Assembly: GCA_031269775.1 (NCBI GenBank)
Contig: JAISYQ010000004.1
Location: 4,102-68,101, forward strand
Length of the DNA stretch: 64,000 bases
Direction: 5' to 3'
Source of the DNA: Streptococcaceae bacterium
GTDB lineage: Bacteria; Bacillota; Bacilli; Lactobacillales; Streptococcaceae
Shown: one piece after another, positions 11,212 to 20,159 of the stretch
How positions within the stretch are numbered: the first letter of the stretch is position 1
How the letters are laid out: every line of letters begins with the position of its first letter
Program-made: the position numbers and the translations under genes
Notes under the pieces: model-generated
What the model saw: the letters and a program-made list of their open reading frames with translations, nothing else
Database searches by the model: none
What the model was told of the DNA's origin: nothing

Positions 11212-12016
11212 ATGAAAAAATTTTTTACGGGGTTAATATTAAGTTGTGTAGCAGTGTTTAGTTTTAGTGTCGTAGGTCATTGTATGACTCAACAAACAAT
11301 GGATAGTATATATATATCTACGTATAAAGGAAGATAGTTGGTTTAAATCAGAAGTGGAGAAGCAAGCTCGCAGTAATAATTACATAAACTTACTAGGAAA
11401 TTGGTATCAAAAAGTAAGGGTACCTTTTAAAGCAATTGTTGTTGATAAAAAGCCAATTATAGATTCTTTTATTCCTGTCAATGCAATATTACAGAAATCA
11501 GCAAGTTTCGATTTATCCATTCCTATAGAAGATAGATTTTTTGGATCACAACAAGTAGCGTCATTTAATGTAAAGTTAAGTAAGAAAGTAGAATCAATTG
11601 AAAAAATATTAAATAAACCAAAAAAATCAAAAAAAATTTTTAAAGCAAAATTCCTGAATAGTTTTGGCGCAGAAGGAACAACATATGAAAAAGAAATAAC
11701 TATGATGGAAACAGAAGCACCGGATGTTCAACTAAATGACAAATGGGAAAGGGAGCCAAGTTTAACGATATCTGAGTTGCCGTTTAATTTGATGGAAGAT
11801 AATTTAAAAATAATCCCTATTAGTCTTAATTTTGGAGACTTTACTTGGGGTTATATATTAACACCTAGTCTTGATGCACCAGTGGAGAATGCAGTTATTT
11901 GGTTTGTTCGTGTACATCCAAGGTATGAAAATCGACGGTTTTATAACTTAAAAAGCGTTTTAGATACCCATTGGGGCATGAATGAAGCACGATATAAATC
12001 ACTTTGCCCTGCTTAA
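11212..12016 (+). pseudogene. Exported (possibly lipoprotein) partner gene, split by a frameshift in a (TA)5 repeat
   Basis: ATG 11212 encodes the signal peptide MKKFFTGLILSCVAVFSFSVV... and stops at 11335. The 220-codon body (11354..12016) is open in the next frame from 11288. The two frames overlap across (TA)5T at 11307-11317. Confidence 0.5.
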
Positions 12017-12072
12017 TTTTTTACCTTAAATATATAAAAAAATACATAACTCGCTAATGCGGATCATCAGAG

Positions 12073-12106
12073 AAAAGACGACCTTAAAAAAGGTGGTCTT
12101 TTTTAT
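12073..12106 (+). terminator. Rho-independent terminator candidate
   Basis: AAAAGACGACC / loop TTAAAAAA / GGTGGTCTTTT (one mismatch in the stem), followed by a T-run. Confidence 0.45.
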
Positions 12107-12414
12107 TGATAAGCAAAAGCATGACACAAATACAAATAAATAAAAAGTAGTCATATTTTAAACGTATGTATTGCCTGTTTTGGTACATCATAATTCTGAA
12201 TTACCTCCTTAAACGAAAAAATGTTAAACTTAAAAATATCTATTTAGATGAATGCGAATGATTGTAATATCTACGTCAAAAGTAAACTTGCAGAGTACCG
12301 AGTAATGAAAGGAGTTAGTCAATTTTTGAAAGTTAAAAACTAGAAATTTTTTTAATTAATAAAAATGTGATAAGATAATATCTAATTAATAGTGAAAGCA
12401 GGAGGGCATGAAAA

Positions 12415-13659
12415 GTGCATAATGAAACAAATAAAGACAACGAAGAGATTCAATGTTCATTTTGTGGAAAATCACAAAATAAAGTCAAAAAAGTAATTGC
12501 TGGCCCTTCTGTTTACATATGCAATGAATGTGTCGATTTATGTAAACAAATTATGGATGAAGACTTACATGAGCAAATTATTAAGGAATTTTCTGAAATA
12601 CCTAAACCAGCGGAATTATTAATAATTTTAAATGAATATGTTATTGGTCAAAATCAAGCAAAAAAAGCATTATCAGTAGCTGTTTACAATCATTATAAAC
12701 GGGTTAATCAGCTTAAAGATGATTCAGATATTGAATTGCAAAAATCAAATATTTGCTTAATTGGACCAACTGGTTCTGGAAAAACATTTTTAGCTCAGAC
12801 ATTAGCACGTAGTTTAAATGTTCCCTTTACGATTGCTGATGCAACTAGTTTAACGGAAGCTGGATATGTTGGAGAAGATGTGGAAAATATTTTATTAAAA
12901 TTAATCCAAGCAGCTGATTATAATGTCAAACGAGCTGAGCGTGGAATTATTTATATTGATGAAATTGATAAAATTTCACGTAAATCAGAAAATGTTTCGA
13001 TAACTCGGGATGTTTCTGGTGAAGGGGTTCAACAGGCTTTACTTAAGATTTTAGAAGGAACTGTTGCTAATGTCCCACCTCAAGGTGGTCGTAAACATCC
13101 TCAACAAGAAATGATTCAAATTGATACGAAAAATGTTTTATTTATTGTTGGTGGAGCGTTTGACGGAATTGAGCAAATCGTTCGCAATAGAATGGGTGAG
13201 AAGATTATTGGTTTTGGTGCATCTAATAAAAAATTAGCCGAGGAAGAAAGCGTTGTCCAACATATTATTTCTGAGGATTTATTAAAATTTGGTTTAATTC
13301 CAGAATTTATTGGACGCTTGCCAATTATATCAGCTCTTGAAAAATTAACAGTTTCTGATTTAGTTAAAATTTTAACAGAACCTAAAAATGCTTTAGTAAA
13401 GCAGTATAAGAAATTATTATCATTTGATAATGTAGAATTAGAATTTACACAAGAAGCTTTGGAAGAAATTGCTAAAAAGGCGATTAAAAGAAAAACGGGT
13501 GCTCGTGGATTGCGTTCTATTATCGAAGAAACGATGCTTGATGTGATGTTTGAAGTGCCAAGTAACGAAAAAATTGTTAAAATTTTAATTACCAAAAAAG
13601 CCATTAATGGTGAAGAAAAGCCGAAATTAATTTATCGTGATGATCTTGCTGTAAGTTAA
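12415..13659 (+). CDS. clpX: ATP-dependent Clp protease ATP-binding subunit ClpX
   Basis: GTG start. Zinc finger CSFCGK...[10 protein letters not shown]. Walker A GPTGSGKT. Walker [10 protein letters not shown]. Confidence 0.95.
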   Translation: MHNETNKDNEEIQCSFCGKSQNKVKKVIAGPSVYICNECVDLCKQIMDEDLHEQIIKEFSEIPKPAELLIILNEYVIGQNQAKKALSVAVYNHYKRVNQLKDDSDIELQKSNICLIGPTGSGKTFLAQTLARSLNVPFTIADATSLTEAGYVGEDVENILLKLIQAADYNVKRAERGIIYIDEIDKISRKSENVSITRDVSGEGVQQALLKILEGTVANVPPQGGRKHPQQEMIQIDTKNVLFIVGGAFDGIEQIVRNRMGEKIIGFGASNKKLAEEESVVQHIISEDLLKFGLIPEFIGRLPIISALEKLTVSDLVKILTEPKNALVKQYKKLLSFDNVELEFTQEALEEIAKKAIKRKTGARGLRSIIEETMLDVMFEVPSNEKIVKILITKKAINGEEKPKLIYRDDLAVS

Positions 13660-13673
13660 TTAGGAGTGAGCGT

Positions 13674-14255
13674 TTGAAGGTTAATCATGCAGAATTTATT
13701 ATTAGTGCGGTAAAATCAGAACAATACCCTAAAGAAGGATTGCCCGAGATTGCTCTAGCAGGTCGATCAAATGTTGGCAAATCTTCTTTTATTAATGCTT
13801 TATTAGGACATAAAAATTTAGCTCGAACTTCTAATAAGCCAGGAAAAACGCAAACATTAAATTTTTATTTTATTGAGAATAAATTTTATTTTGTTGATCT
13901 TCCTGGTTATGGTTATGCAAAAGTTTCAAAAACTAAACGTGCTAAATGGGGGAAGATGATTGAGTACTATTTAACAACAAGAAAGCAGCTAAAAGCTGTA
14001 ATCTCCTTAATTGATTTGCGTCATCTGCCAACAGTAGAAGATCGGCAAATGTATGAATTCTTGAAATATTACGAAATACCCATAATTTTGGTGGCAACAA
14101 AGGCTGATAAAATTCCACATAGTAAATGGCTGAAATATGAAAAAAATATTAAGAATGAGTTGTTTTTTGATAAGAAAAACAACTTTATTCTTTTTTCAGC
14201 TGAAACAAAGTTTGGCAAAAGTGAAGCTTGGCGTGTAATTAAAGAAAAATTATAA
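13674..14255 (+). CDS. engB: Ribosome biogenesis GTPase EngB/YsxC
   Basis: [15 protein letters not shown] (G1), DLPGYGYA (G3), TKADK (G4). Conserved position after clpX. Confidence 0.9.
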   Translation: MKVNHAEFIISAVKSEQYPKEGLPEIALAGRSNVGKSSFINALLGHKNLARTSNKPGKTQTLNFYFIENKFYFVDLPGYGYAKVSKTKRAKWGKMIEYYLTTRKQLKAVISLIDLRHLPTVEDRQMYEFLKYYEIPIILVATKADKIPHSKWLKYEKNIKNELFFDKKNNFILFSAETKFGKSEAWRVIKEKL

Positions 14256-14297
14256 AAGCATAAAAATTAATTTTTGATATTAAATTATAAATAATTT

Positions 14298-14696
14298 ATG
14301 TTGCTTAAATTAGAAATAAAAAACAACTTCAAGAAGAGTTAGAAGGAGTAAAAAAACGGAAAAAAGCACGAGCAGTTGATTTGTATTATGAGGTATTCTG
14401 TGCAGTTTTGTATGTTTTGACGACAGGCTGCCAATGGAGGAACCTCTAATAGTAGATTTTCTCAACTGAAAAAATGTCTATTCAAGGGAAAAAATCAAAA
14501 CAATTTTTAGCTTTTCGGTCAAAGTAATCAAACGCTCAAAGCTTCATATGTTCAAAATAATTTCGAAGCGTTGGGTAGTGGGGCGAACATCTGCTGGGCT
14601 TGAAAACTATCACAGATTTTGGAAAAATTGCAAACGAACGCTGGAAAATAACAGACAATTGTGCTTCTTTGCTGGAATTGCCTTGCCATTCTTTTA
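14298..14696 (+). mobile_element. IS5-family (DUF4096 + DDE) transposase remnant, internally deleted with stops
   Basis: Translated fragments ...DLYYEVFCAVLYVLTTGCQWRNL* and ...FKIISKRWVVGRTSAGLENYHRFWKNCKRTLENNRQL... match the N- and C-terminal signatures of IS5/IS4-type transposases. Only about 0.4 kb remains. Confidence 0.65.
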
Positions 14697-14770
14697 AAAA
14701 AATTCTAGACACATTTTATGAAATCTATTGATATTTTGGTTCTTACTTTAATTTATTTTGTGTTGAAAAA

Positions 14771-14825
14771 ATGCGCAAATCTTTTTTATTTTTCTATTGA
14801 CAAACAAGAAAAGGAAGAGTATTAC
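14771..14825 (+). promoter_or_regulatory. Candidate promoter with an upstream ATGCGCAAAT motif
   Basis: ATGCGCAAAT (14771-14780), N16, TTGACA (14797-14802), N17, TATTAC (14820-14825). The same motif and spacing occur at 40281-40335 on the minus strand. Confidence 0.35.
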
Positions 14826-15047
14826 ACCCTTCAAGCGCGCTTATCTGTTGTTTTTAAAAGTTTTTGTGTAAAAAAAAATTGACAGATATTTGAAAAAAAT
14901 GCAAATTTGCACTTATTTTGTTAATTTTAAAATTATGTTGTTATTAAAAATTTTTTAGGAGATTTGGAGGTTTTGTGTTATGAAATGAATTTAAACTTTA
15001 AAAAATTCTGTTTTTATAAATAGTTTTTAAAGAAAGGGTTGATTTAT

Positions 15048-15455
15048 ATGAAAAAGGAAAAAGTTTTAAAAATAGCATTTGCTGTAGGTAGTTTAGTTAT
15101 AATGTCATTTGTAGTAAACATTGTAATTGCTCGAGGGATTCAAGAGTATCACATCATCATGCCAAGAATTGGATCTACGACCACTGGTCGTATCCACAAA
15201 GGAAATGCGACAGGTGCTGTTAATAACAATACTTCCGTTGGGAATAATTATGATATGTATACAGCCATTCGTATCGCAGATACTGGACAAGACGTAACTC
15301 CAAATACTGTCGTAGGAGCAGGGCAACGAATAGGAATTCCATACTATAATGTTCATCAAGTTGTGAATCAAGATACAACTCTAGCCGCATCAACAGCTCC
15401 GCGTGTTCTTGTTCGCGTGGAAGCCCATGGTTCTTGGAGTCCTGATTCAAATTAA
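15048..15455 (+). CDS. Small exported protein of unknown family (signal/anchor helix plus a Cys-free domain of about 105 aa)
   Basis: GAAAGGG SD 9 nt before ATG 15048. N-terminal KVLKIAFAVGSLVIMSFVVNIVIA helix. Gly/Asn/Thr/Val-rich exported part. First gene of a five-gene operon. Confidence 0.6.
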   Translation: MKKEKVLKIAFAVGSLVIMSFVVNIVIARGIQEYHIIMPRIGSTTTGRIHKGNATGAVNNNTSVGNNYDMYTAIRIADTGQDVTPNTVVGAGQRIGIPYYNVHQVVNQDTTLAASTAPRVLVRVEAHGSWSPDSN

Positions 15456-15528
15456 AACTTTATTATTTGGGGGTTTAGTTAATAACTAAATTCCCAAATA
15501 AATTGAATTGAATTGAGAGGATGTTCTA

Positions 15529-16302
15529 ATGAAAAATAATTTAATATTAGAATTTAAAAGAGGTCTCTTATCTAAAAAATTTTTTATAGCTATCTTTTTA
15601 AACTGTTTATGCCTTACTATTGGTATTTATAGCAATCGTTTGGCTTTACTAGTAGATAAGGGTCTTATACTATATTACATAGGTTATCTTCTTACACCAG
15701 GAGGAATTTTAAGTATTTTTGTTCCCATTATTGTAACTTTTCCTTTTGCTGCTTCTTTTATTGAAGATAGGGAGAAATTTTTTTTAAGAAATTTATTGAT
15801 TAGAGAATCACGTCTAAATTATTTGGTGAAAAAGTATTTGGTTACGGGTTTTTTAGGTAGTTTAGCAATTTCTTTACCACTTTTAACGTTATTGTTAGTA
15901 AATATCATCTTTTTACCAAAAGGAAATATTCAACATATAACTTCTGGCATGTCAGGAGCATTTAGTGAGGTTTATAACCATAGTCAATTAGCGTATGCAT
16001 TGCTTACGATTGCAAATGCGGCTATTTTTGGTTTTATTTATGCCAATATCGGTCTGATGATAAGTTTTTTTATTAAAAACAAAGTAGCTGCCATCATTAG
16101 TCCTTTTTTGCTCTATATATTGCCAAGTTTCTTTTTTATTTATCTTAATTTAACACCATTTGAACCTAGTTTCACTTTTCAATTTAACGGTCAGAGAGAT
16201 ATTAGATTTTTTATTATTGTTTTAGAATTTTTATTTTTACTTATCTTCTCTATTATCGCAGGTTATATCAAATTTATAAAACTAGATAAGGATGAAGTAT
16301 GA
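15529..16302 (+). CDS. Polytopic membrane protein (ABC-2-type permease-like), subunit 1
   Basis: 257 aa with about 6 hydrophobic helices. ATGA start/stop overlap with the next gene. Confidence 0.55.
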   Translation: MKNNLILEFKRGLLSKKFFIAIFLNCLCLTIGIYSNRLALLVDKGLILYYIGYLLTPGGILSIFVPIIVTFPFAASFIEDREKFFLRNLLIRESRLNYLVKKYLVTGFLGSLAISLPLLTLLLVNIIFLPKGNIQHITSGMSGAFSEVYNHSQLAYALLTIANAAIFGFIYANIGLMISFFIKNKVAAIISPFLLYILPSFFFIYLNLTPFEPSFTFQFNGQRDIRFFIIVLEFLFLLIFSIIAGYIKFIKLDKDEV

Positions 16303-17099
16303 ACTTGTTTAATAAGTACCAGTATCAATGGCAAACAGTCTCATATCTTAAAAAATATCTTTTGCTTTTAAGCATCGCTTTTTTGCAAACAACTTACCTA
16401 TATTCCGCAACTTTTTATGCAAAGGGAATTTCGCTTTCAAAAGTTTCTTTTTTAGTTTGGATATTATCTAGTTTTCAAGATATATCTACAGCAGTGCATG
16501 GTTTTCCTTTTATCTATTGTTTACTGTTAGTGATTTTATTTAAAGATCATCAGATAAATGAGCTAATTATCCAAAGATTTAACAGCTCAAAAGATATAAA
16601 ATTAAACAAATTAATGGTAATTATCTCAAATTCATTATTTTTTGTTTTAGGTATTGATTTTATATCCATTATCTTTTCATACTTTCCTTTTGGAAAATTT
16701 TTTTCCTTAACAAAAGAAGGAGATGCTTTTTTCTTTCGCAATTTCAATCAGCATTTATTATCAAATTATTCATTGGCTATACAAGTAGCGCATTCTTCTG
16801 CGCTTGCATTTTTTTATTTTGTCCTGCTGGGCCTTATATTTTGGGGAACAACAATTTTAGTAAAAAAGAAAAGTGTTGGTTTTATTGTTAATATTATTTT
16901 TATTATTATGCAAGCTGCTATTTTTAGAAAGCAAACGAAATCTTCTTTTATCTCGCCAATCAATCATTATATTTTATATCTCAACAAGAATAGAGCTGCT
17001 GCTGCTTTGTTTATGTATGATTTATTTTATTGGCTTCTTTTAATAACTGTACTAACAGTCATCATTTGGCATCTTGATAATAGAAAAGGAGTTATTTAA
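16299..17099 (+). CDS. Polytopic membrane protein, subunit 2
   Basis: 266 aa with about 6 helices. Translationally coupled on both sides (ATGA and TAATG overlaps). Confidence 0.5.
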   Translation: MNLFNKYQYQWQTVSYLKKYLLLLSIAFLQTTYLYSATFYAKGISLSKVSFLVWILSSFQDISTAVHGFPFIYCLLLVILFKDHQINELIIQRFNSSKDIKLNKLMVIISNSLFFVLGIDFISIIFSYFPFGKFFSLTKEGDAFFFRNFNQHLLSNYSLAIQVAHSSALAFFYFVLLGLIFWGTTILVKKKSVGFIVNIIFIIMQAAIFRKQTKSSFISPINHYILYLNKNRAAAALFMYDLFYWLLLITVLTVIIWHLDNRKGVI

Positions 17100-17860
17100 T
17101 GAAGAATTTTTATAACTTCTTTTGGGTTCAAATAAAAGAATTTGATCTAAAACAAATTTTTCTGGTAATTTTTCTGGCTTTTTTTAGTATTTTAGCCTCC
17201 CCAATCTTTATGCGACCAAAGCAACCATTGTCAGCCCTTTTCTTAGGATCAATTAGTGGCCCTGATTTTAAAGAAATCAGACTTGTTGAAATTTTTCAAA
17301 TTCTCCTTTTATGGACAGTGATTATTATTAATATAATGAAAAAATTTGAATTTTATGAGCAAATGAAAGAATTAATCGTTTTGCGTTTTACAAGTATCTA
17401 TAAGTGGATAATGGTTGAAACAATCAGTTTTATGATTTACGAAATTTTATTTTTATTTCTATATGTTTTATCCATTTTGCTTTTAAATTTGCTTTTTTGT
17501 CAAGGAGATTTAAATTTACTAACTACTGGTATCATTGCTTTAAAAGCATTTTCAGTATATTTTTGGGGAAGCTTATTATTGATTGTCACACTCTTCACAA
17601 GCCTTTTACTATCTCACTCAACTCAGCAAACTACGGCCATTATTTTTTTGATCATCTGCTTAAATGCATTTTCATTTCAAATTTTTGGCAAACTTTATTA
17701 TCTTTTGCCTGGGCAAATATTTTATATCGGCCGGATATTCAAGCTTACCTTTGAACAGTTGAATTTATTAATCGTTTTTACATTAAGCGAAATTAGTTTA
17801 CTTTTATTATTTTTTTGGCGAATTTTAAAAAAGCATGATCTATATTTAATTGAAGAATAA
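17099..17860 (+). CDS. Polytopic membrane protein, subunit 3
   Basis: 253 aa with about 6 helices. The ATPase gene starts 9 nt downstream. Confidence 0.5.
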   Translation: MKNFYNFFWVQIKEFDLKQIFLVIFLAFFSILASPIFMRPKQPLSALFLGSISGPDFKEIRLVEIFQILLLWTVIIINIMKKFEFYEQMKELIVLRFTSIYKWIMVETISFMIYEILFLFLYVLSILLLNLLFCQGDLNLLTTGIIALKAFSVYFWGSLLLIVTLFTSLLLSHSTQQTTAIIFLIICLNAFSFQIFGKLYYLLPGQIFYIGRIFKLTFEQLNLLIVFTLSEISLLLLFFWRILKKHDLYLIEE

Positions 17861-17869
17861 GGAGATAAG

Positions 17870-18523
17870 ATGAGAAAGACTATCGAATTAAAAAATGTTG
17901 CGAAGTCATTTAAAAAACAAGAAATTTTGAAAAATATAAATTTTTCCTGTTTTAGAGGAGAGATTATTGGTATCGTTGGGGTTAATGGCTCTGGGAAAAG
18001 CGTTTTATTTAAGGTGATTTCCGGATTACTATTCCCAGATAAGGGTTCTGTTACCATCATGCAAGAAGAAATTACAAAGTCCCAAAAAATTCCTCAAGCT
18101 CTTTCTGCCTTAATTGAAGAACCTGGATTTTTACCTAATCTTACCGGTTATCAAAATTTAGAACTGTTAGCTAGTATTCGCAGGAAAATTACCAAAGAAG
18201 ATATTTTAGATACTTTGCGTACAGTTAGGCTTTTTGAAGATCGAAATAAAAAAACCAAGCACTATTCTCTTGGAATGAAGAAAAAGCTTGGAATAGCTCA
18301 GGCGATTATGGAGAAACCTAAAATTATTCTTTTAGATGAGCCGATGAATGCCTTAGATAAGAAAAGTGTTGAGGATATGAGAAATTTGTTTTTAAATTTG
18401 GCTAAAGATGAAAAAGTGACCATCGTGATTGCTAGTCATAATTTAGATGATATTAATCTACTTTGTGATAAGGTTTATCAGCTTAAAATTGGTCAGTTGG
18501 CTGAAAAAGAGAATAGTTATTAA
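17870..18523 (+). CDS. ABC transporter ATP-binding protein (short, ABC-2/immunity type)
   Basis: Walker A GVNGSGKS, signature SLGMKKKLG, Walker B ILLDEP, H-loop ASHN. Confidence 0.9.
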   Translation: MRKTIELKNVAKSFKKQEILKNINFSCFRGEIIGIVGVNGSGKSVLFKVISGLLFPDKGSVTIMQEEITKSQKIPQALSALIEEPGFLPNLTGYQNLELLASIRRKITKEDILDTLRTVRLFEDRNKKTKHYSLGMKKKLGIAQAIMEKPKIILLDEPMNALDKKSVEDMRNLFLNLAKDEKVTIVIASHNLDDINLLCDKVYQLKIGQLAEKENSY

Positions 18524-18712
18524 AATTTTTTTATGATGGATGGCGTGAAGTTAAAAAACAAGGTTTGTATATAGCAAACTTTATAATTTTAAATTGCTCA
18601 AATTTTGATTTCTTCATTTAGCTAGAACGTTCTAAGAGCCTATCTACTTATTTTTGAGCAACGAAATTTTTTGATAATTTTGTTGCAAGAAATAGCAAAC
18701 AGACTCTTAAAA
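18085..18712. repeat. Direct repeat copy 1 (3' half of the ABC ATPase gene plus a downstream MITE-like unit)
   Basis: Near-identical by eye to 20224..20741. This copy carries about 105 extra bp between the stop codon and the MITE-like unit. That unit (18632-18710) has imperfect terminal inverted repeats TAAGAGCCTATCT / AAACAGACTCTTA. Confidence 0.8.
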
Positions 18713-18747
18713 ATTTTTTATTTATGAGTAATATACTTTTGATAAAG

Positions 18748-19407
18748 TCAAGCAACTTCACACTGGCAATCTCTATTAATAACATTCATTATACTTAATT
18801 TATTGCTAGTGTATACACCTTTTCCTACGTCTTGTCCTTTTAGGAGTAAAATTAAAATATTACTTTCTTGCTCTGAAACTACTTGATTTAACATATTTAA
18901 ATCTTCTATAAAAGATAATGATTCAGAAGGTTCATGCAAAAAATATTGAGTATCAACCTTCTCTGAAAAAATCAGAAAATTATTAACATTAACACCTCCA
19001 AAAACTAACAATTGAGCAACATCAATTAGATAAAGAGAACAATGATTAGGTTGAGCTGATAATGAAGCTTCGCATACTACCTTATGAGTAGTTGTATCGA
19101 TTATCGGAACGCAAATAAAAATTTCGTCTACTTCCTTCTTATAATTTAGGCAAACCGTATATAACATATGGGTACTATCTACTACTAGTCCCTCACGTGA
19201 TATGCCGGGATTAGCTATTTCCCACAATGATGTAAAATCATTTTCTTCAAAGCTTATCTTACTTTTAAGAAGATCTTGTACAATTGGATTTTTAACAAAT
19301 CTTAAATCCGTTACAGAAATAAAACCTGCGCTAACTAGCAATGTATTACTATTAATACACAGAAACAAAAAACATAAACAAACAAAAAATTTTTTTATAA
19401 CTTTCAT
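18748..19407 (-). CDS. Exported protein of unknown function (partner of the peptidase-like gene)
   Basis: AAGGAGGAG SD. Signal peptide MKVIKKFFVCLCFLFLCINSNTLLVSA. Starts 24 nt after the upstream gene's stop. Confidence 0.6.
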   Translation of the reverse strand: MKVIKKFFVCLCFLFLCINSNTLLVSAGFISVTDLRFVKNPIVQDLLKSKISFEENDFTSLWEIANPGISREGLVVDSTHMLYTVCLNYKKEVDEIFICVPIIDTTTHKVVCEASLSAQPNHCSLYLIDVAQLLVFGGVNVNNFLIFSEKVDTQYFLHEPSESLSFIEDLNMLNQVVSEQESNILILLLKGQDVGKGVYTSNKLSIMNVINRDCQCEVA

Positions 19408-19431
19408 GAATATTCTCCTCCTTTTATATAA

Positions 19432-20082
19432 TCACCATTGAATTAAACAGTATTCTGAAAGATTTCTGGGAACTCCACTAACCACCAAATAACGAAAAGC
19501 GTTACGAGTACAATTAAACACTTTCCTGCCAGGCATAGGATCATACACTTCTATGCTATTTGCATTAACTCCGTACGTTATGCAAGCATGATCAACATGT
19601 GGCGGCGCTTCAAAATGCAATATAGCAATGCCTGGCCTTACACCACCACCTCCTGTAAGAACATTATGAATTTCATTATAAGCTTGTTGAATAGATTTTG
19701 TAGGAGTAATGGCATGACGTGTACAGATAATTTGTGAATGATTACAAGAAAAGTGGCTAATCTCAGCCTTAATTTGATGAAATGCCATAGTAATTTCCAA
19801 ATTAGTCCCTGTTGCAATTAATCCAGGGCGAATTTGTCCATGACCAGGACCAATTGTACCATTATTTTGAAGAACTTGTAAGTAACTCAATGCAACGTCT
19901 GTACATGCACGTACACACCATTTAGAGCCTGCTGGCTGCTTTATTGCACCGGGACCCGTAACGAATTGCTCAATCCCAGGTAATGGATTAGCATTAATAG
20001 AAATACCATTTACAAAAAAAACAATAAATAAAAATGAACTTAAAACCCATTTGTGAATATTGAATAACTTTATTATAACCAT
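19432..20082 (-). CDS. Secreted papain-fold cysteine-peptidase-like protein (C39_2/C70-like pattern)
   Basis: AAGGAG SD and a signal peptide (...FLFIVFFVNGISINA). Candidate nucleophile in GSKWCVRAC. Candidate His/Asp in PHVDHACITYGVNANSIEVYDPMPG. Family is inferred from motif pattern only. Confidence 0.55.
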   Translation of the reverse strand: MVIIKLFNIHKWVLSSFLFIVFFVNGISINANPLPGIEQFVTGPGAIKQPAGSKWCVRACTDVALSYLQVLQNNGTIGPGHGQIRPGLIATGTNLEITMAFHQIKAEISHFSCNHSQIICTRHAITPTKSIQQAYNEIHNVLTGGGGVRPGIAILHFEAPPHVDHACITYGVNANSIEVYDPMPGRKVFNCTRNAFRYLVVSGVPRNLSEYCLIQW

Positions 20083-20159
20083 TTCCCATCTCCTTATAAC
20101 TTTATTACAATTAAATAGCTTATAATCTCAGTTTATTTATTACTTATAAAACTAAATTC

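Noticed and set aside
14718-15023. Small upstream ORFs in the operon leader: a 55-codon ORF at 14718..14885 (MKSIDILVLTLIYFVLKK...) and mini-ORFs after GGAGG at 14966-14970 (ML*, MK*, MNLNFKKFCFYK* at 14985..15023)
   Set aside because: The 55-codon ORF has no SD and overlaps the candidate promoter. The mini-ORFs are too short to evaluate. They could be leader peptides, but nothing else supports an attenuation mechanism.
15048-15455. Assigning the small exported protein to the lactococcin 972 family
   Set aside because: I see only a faint resemblance to the remembered Lcn972 sequence: an AVNNNT string and a later YYN. The length and the C-terminal extension differ. This cannot be claimed without a profile search, so it is kept only as an architectural analogy.
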